From an uncultured Erysipelotrichaceae bacterium (GTDB lineage Bacteria; Bacillota_I; Bacilli_A; RF39; UBA660), in the NCBI GenBank assembly GCA_902788975.1, contig CADAMI010000001.1, positions 1 through 61,914 of the forward strand: a stretch of 61,914 nucleotides of DNA. The letters are read 5' to 3'. The translations under genes and the position numbers were made by a program. Positions within the stretch are counted from its first letter, which is position 1; each line of letters begins with the position of its first letter. The notes below the pieces were generated by a model that worked only from the letters and a program-made list of their open reading frames with translations, did no database searches and had not been told where the DNA came from. Below are positions 60,280 to 61,914 of the stretch, one piece after another.

Positions 60280-61407
60280 TCACCTAAAAAATTTTGTTAA
60301 ACTGGTTTGTAATTCTCTATCTCTAAGATTTAATTTATTAACAACCTTATCTACAGTAAATTGCACCCAATTCCTATTAATAGTATATTTAGATTCTGGT
60401 TCATAATCTAAAGGAAAAACTAACACTCCAGTAGGATTATTTATTCCATTAGCCACAACAGCATTATGATAAAAACCCCATTGAATATCAATATCGTGTT
60501 CTCTCATATATTGACAATTATCCCATTTATTAACAGCTAATTGTCTAGGTTTATGCTTAATAGCGAAATAACTTAATGGTTCACTTAATTTAGATTCCAT
60601 ATATTTATTAGCTAATAATTGTACATCTCTTTTATAAAATATTGTTCCATCTAATAAATTATCTAAAATATGATTCATTAAATCTACTTCAAATTGGCTA
60701 GATTTACTATTATAAAAAGATGCACCTTTCATTTTTCTACTATTATCTTTATGGAGTTTAACATAATTATTTTTATTAACTACTAAAAATTTAGTTAAAA
60801 ATTCTTCATAATCAAATATAATAAATCTATTTTCAAATCCAGTTAATTTTTTAACTATTTGGTCTACTAAATGTTGAGCTGTATGTAAAACTTCATAACC
60901 AGAATTTTCCCTATCTTTTAAATCTATTACAAATATTGAATCAGTTTTACCATAAACTACTTCCATATCATATTTAGGTAATTCTTTTACCAAAGTTTGC
61001 AATATAGTTCTACCAGCCCAAGTTACTGTAGCTGCAATATTAGTACCACCTAATAAAAATTTAGCTGTTTTTTGACTTAATAATCCATAAACACTATTAG
61101 CAATAATTTTTACAGCTAACTGTTCGGATTCCATACCTTTTTGTCTATATTCTCTTCTTAAATCAAGCAATTCAGTTATATATGAATCCAATAATCCATT
61201 TTCTTCATTAAATTCTTTTTTATCTATAACCAAATTCATATTAGTATCTTGATTAAAATTTACACTATATTCATTTTCTGGAGATAATCTCATTTGTCTT
61301 ATAAGATTAGGATATAACGAACTAAAATCTAAAACGTGTACATTTTCATAAATCATCATAATATCATTTTCCATTAATATAAATTTGTATATAATATAAT
61401 AATACAA
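60280..61407 (-). CDS. polB: Family B DNA polymerase, polymerase (palm/fingers/thumb) half (split gene)
   Basis: Motif A VLDFSSLYPNLI, motif B KIIANSVYGLL, motif C VVYGKTDSIFV. The ORF-track start is TTG; ATG at 61359 or 61374 is likelier. Confidence 0.85.
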   Translation of the reverse strand: MYYYIIYKFILMENDIMMIYENVHVLDFSSLYPNLIRQMRLSPENEYSVNFNQDTNMNLVIDKKEFNEENGLLDSYITELLDLRREYRQKGMESEQLAVKIIANSVYGLLSQKTAKFLLGGTNIAATVTWAGRTILQTLVKELPKYDMEVVYGKTDSIFVIDLKDRENSGYEVLHTAQHLVDQIVKKLTGFENRFIIFDYEEFLTKFLVVNKNNYVKLHKDNSRKMKGASFYNSKSSQFEVDLMNHILDNLLDGTIFYKRDVQLLANKYMESKLSEPLSYFAIKHKPRQLAVNKWDNCQYMREHDIDIQWGFYHNAVVANGINNPTGVLVFPLDYEPESKYTINRNWVQFTVDKVVNKLNLRDRELQTSLTKFFR

Positions 61408-61464
61408 TCATTAATAATCCACAAAATATTAATCCTAAAATATCATAAATCATATTATCCACTA

Positions 61465-61728
61465 TTATTTTTTCTCTTTTTCTTGTAATTTTGCTATTTT
61501 TTCCCATAATTCTACATTACGTTTTGACATATTAGCCATATCAGAAACCAAAATATTAAAATTACTACATAAACAATTATTTTTTTCGTTTAATTCATTC
61601 AATTTTTTAGTTACTTCCAAAGCAGTCATTCTCTCATCCTTTTCATTATCCCACACAAAAAAGGTATGCTCATCAAACATAAGAGTATACCTACCATCAC
61701 TCCACTTATGAATATCTTCACTCATCAT
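61465..61728 (-). CDS. Hypothetical coiled-coil protein (small-ORF block)
   Basis: 87 aa; ATGA-type overlap with the junction-spanning gene. Confidence 0.6.
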   Translation of the reverse strand: MMSEDIHKWSDGRYTLMFDEHTFFVWDNEKDERMTALEVTKKLNELNEKNNCLCSNFNILVSDMANMSKRNVELWEKIAKLQEKEKK

Positions 61729-61844
61729 CTACCCTCCCAGTCATTTAATGCTTGGATAGTGCCTTTATACTGCTCATATTCCTTGATAAGTTCTTCGTAT
61801 TTGGTTTCTAAATCCTTGTATAATTCAATCTGAACCCAATGGTT
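61725..61844 (-). CDS. 3' part (39 codons + stop) of the junction-spanning gene
   Basis: NHWVQIELYKDLETKYEELIKEYEQYKGTIQALNDWEGR*, in frame with 141-1 across the circular junction. Confidence 0.6.
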   Translation of the reverse strand, partial: NHWVQIELYKDLETKYEELIKEYEQYKGTIQALNDWEGR

Positions 61845-61914
61845 TGATTCTGTGGTTTCTATCCATCTGTTCACATTTTCAATACTCTTCAGACCATCCC
61901 TTGTCGCAATAGCA
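61845..61914. repeat. Terminal direct repeat, copy 2
   Basis: Identical to 1-70. Confidence 0.97.

Noticed and set aside
60280-61407. Intein or self-splicing intron as the cause of the polB interruption
   Set aside because: The intervening 1.5 kb consists of five separate RBS-led or coupled small ORFs with stops in the polB frames. No intein blocks (N-terminal Cys/Ser, terminal HN) and no intron-like structure are evident.
1-61914. Integrated prophage or temperate lifestyle
   Set aside because: No integrase, excisionase or host flanks were found, and the window is a closed viral unit. The only hint, the tRNA-like fragment at 5.5 kb, is insufficient.

Overview
This window is the complete genome of a tailed dsDNA virus that very probably infects an archaeon. 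It closes on itself: nt 1-70 are identical to 61845-61914, giving a unit of 61,844 bp, and one gene is intact only across that junction. The DNA is very AT-rich. Every credible gene (about 85) is on the minus strand, and most are translationally coupled.

Host inference: a pseudomurein-walled methanogen (Methanobacteriales; Methanobrevibacter/Methanosphaera-like). The evidence is:
- a PeiW/PeiP-type endoisopeptidase with pseudomurein-binding repeats;
- two more virion-borne transglutaminase-like Cys-peptidase domains;
- a giant adhesin-like fibre with Ig-like repeats;
- a 45-bp BRE/TATA-type promoter cassette repeated 7-8 times.

Minus-strand gene order:
- TerS, TerL, portal, scaffold, capsid, connectors and tail tube;
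- a membrane-protein pair, chaperones and a 2037-aa tape measure;
- baseplate and fibre genes (including a 2299-aa protein), two lectin-like receptor-binding paralogues, a mini-TM peptide and the endoisopeptidase;
- a repeat-dense non-coding region (19.9-21.5 kb) with a 19-bp x 16 iteron array;
- a six-gene island (16.2-19.7 kb) with two zinc-ribbon amidoligase paralogues;
- a truncated C5-methyltransferase-like gene and an early region under the repeated promoters;
- an Ntn-amidotransferase-like gene, dCTP deaminase and NrdD;
- helicase, prim-pol and a family B DNA polymerase split into exonuclease and polymerase genes by a 1.5-kb block of small ORFs;
- an HNH-AP2 endonuclease and regulators;
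- metallophosphoesterase, ParB-like protein, three tandem GT-A-like paralogues and a radical-SAM gene.

Best candidates for something undescribed:
1. the amidoligase island;
2. a tRNA-like minihelix RNA carrying a 17-nt anti-Shine-Dalgarno match to that island;
3. the triple glycosyltransferase / radical-SAM / ParB operon;
4. the cleanly split polB.

All functional calls rest on by-eye motif recognition. No database search, HMM or folding program was run.
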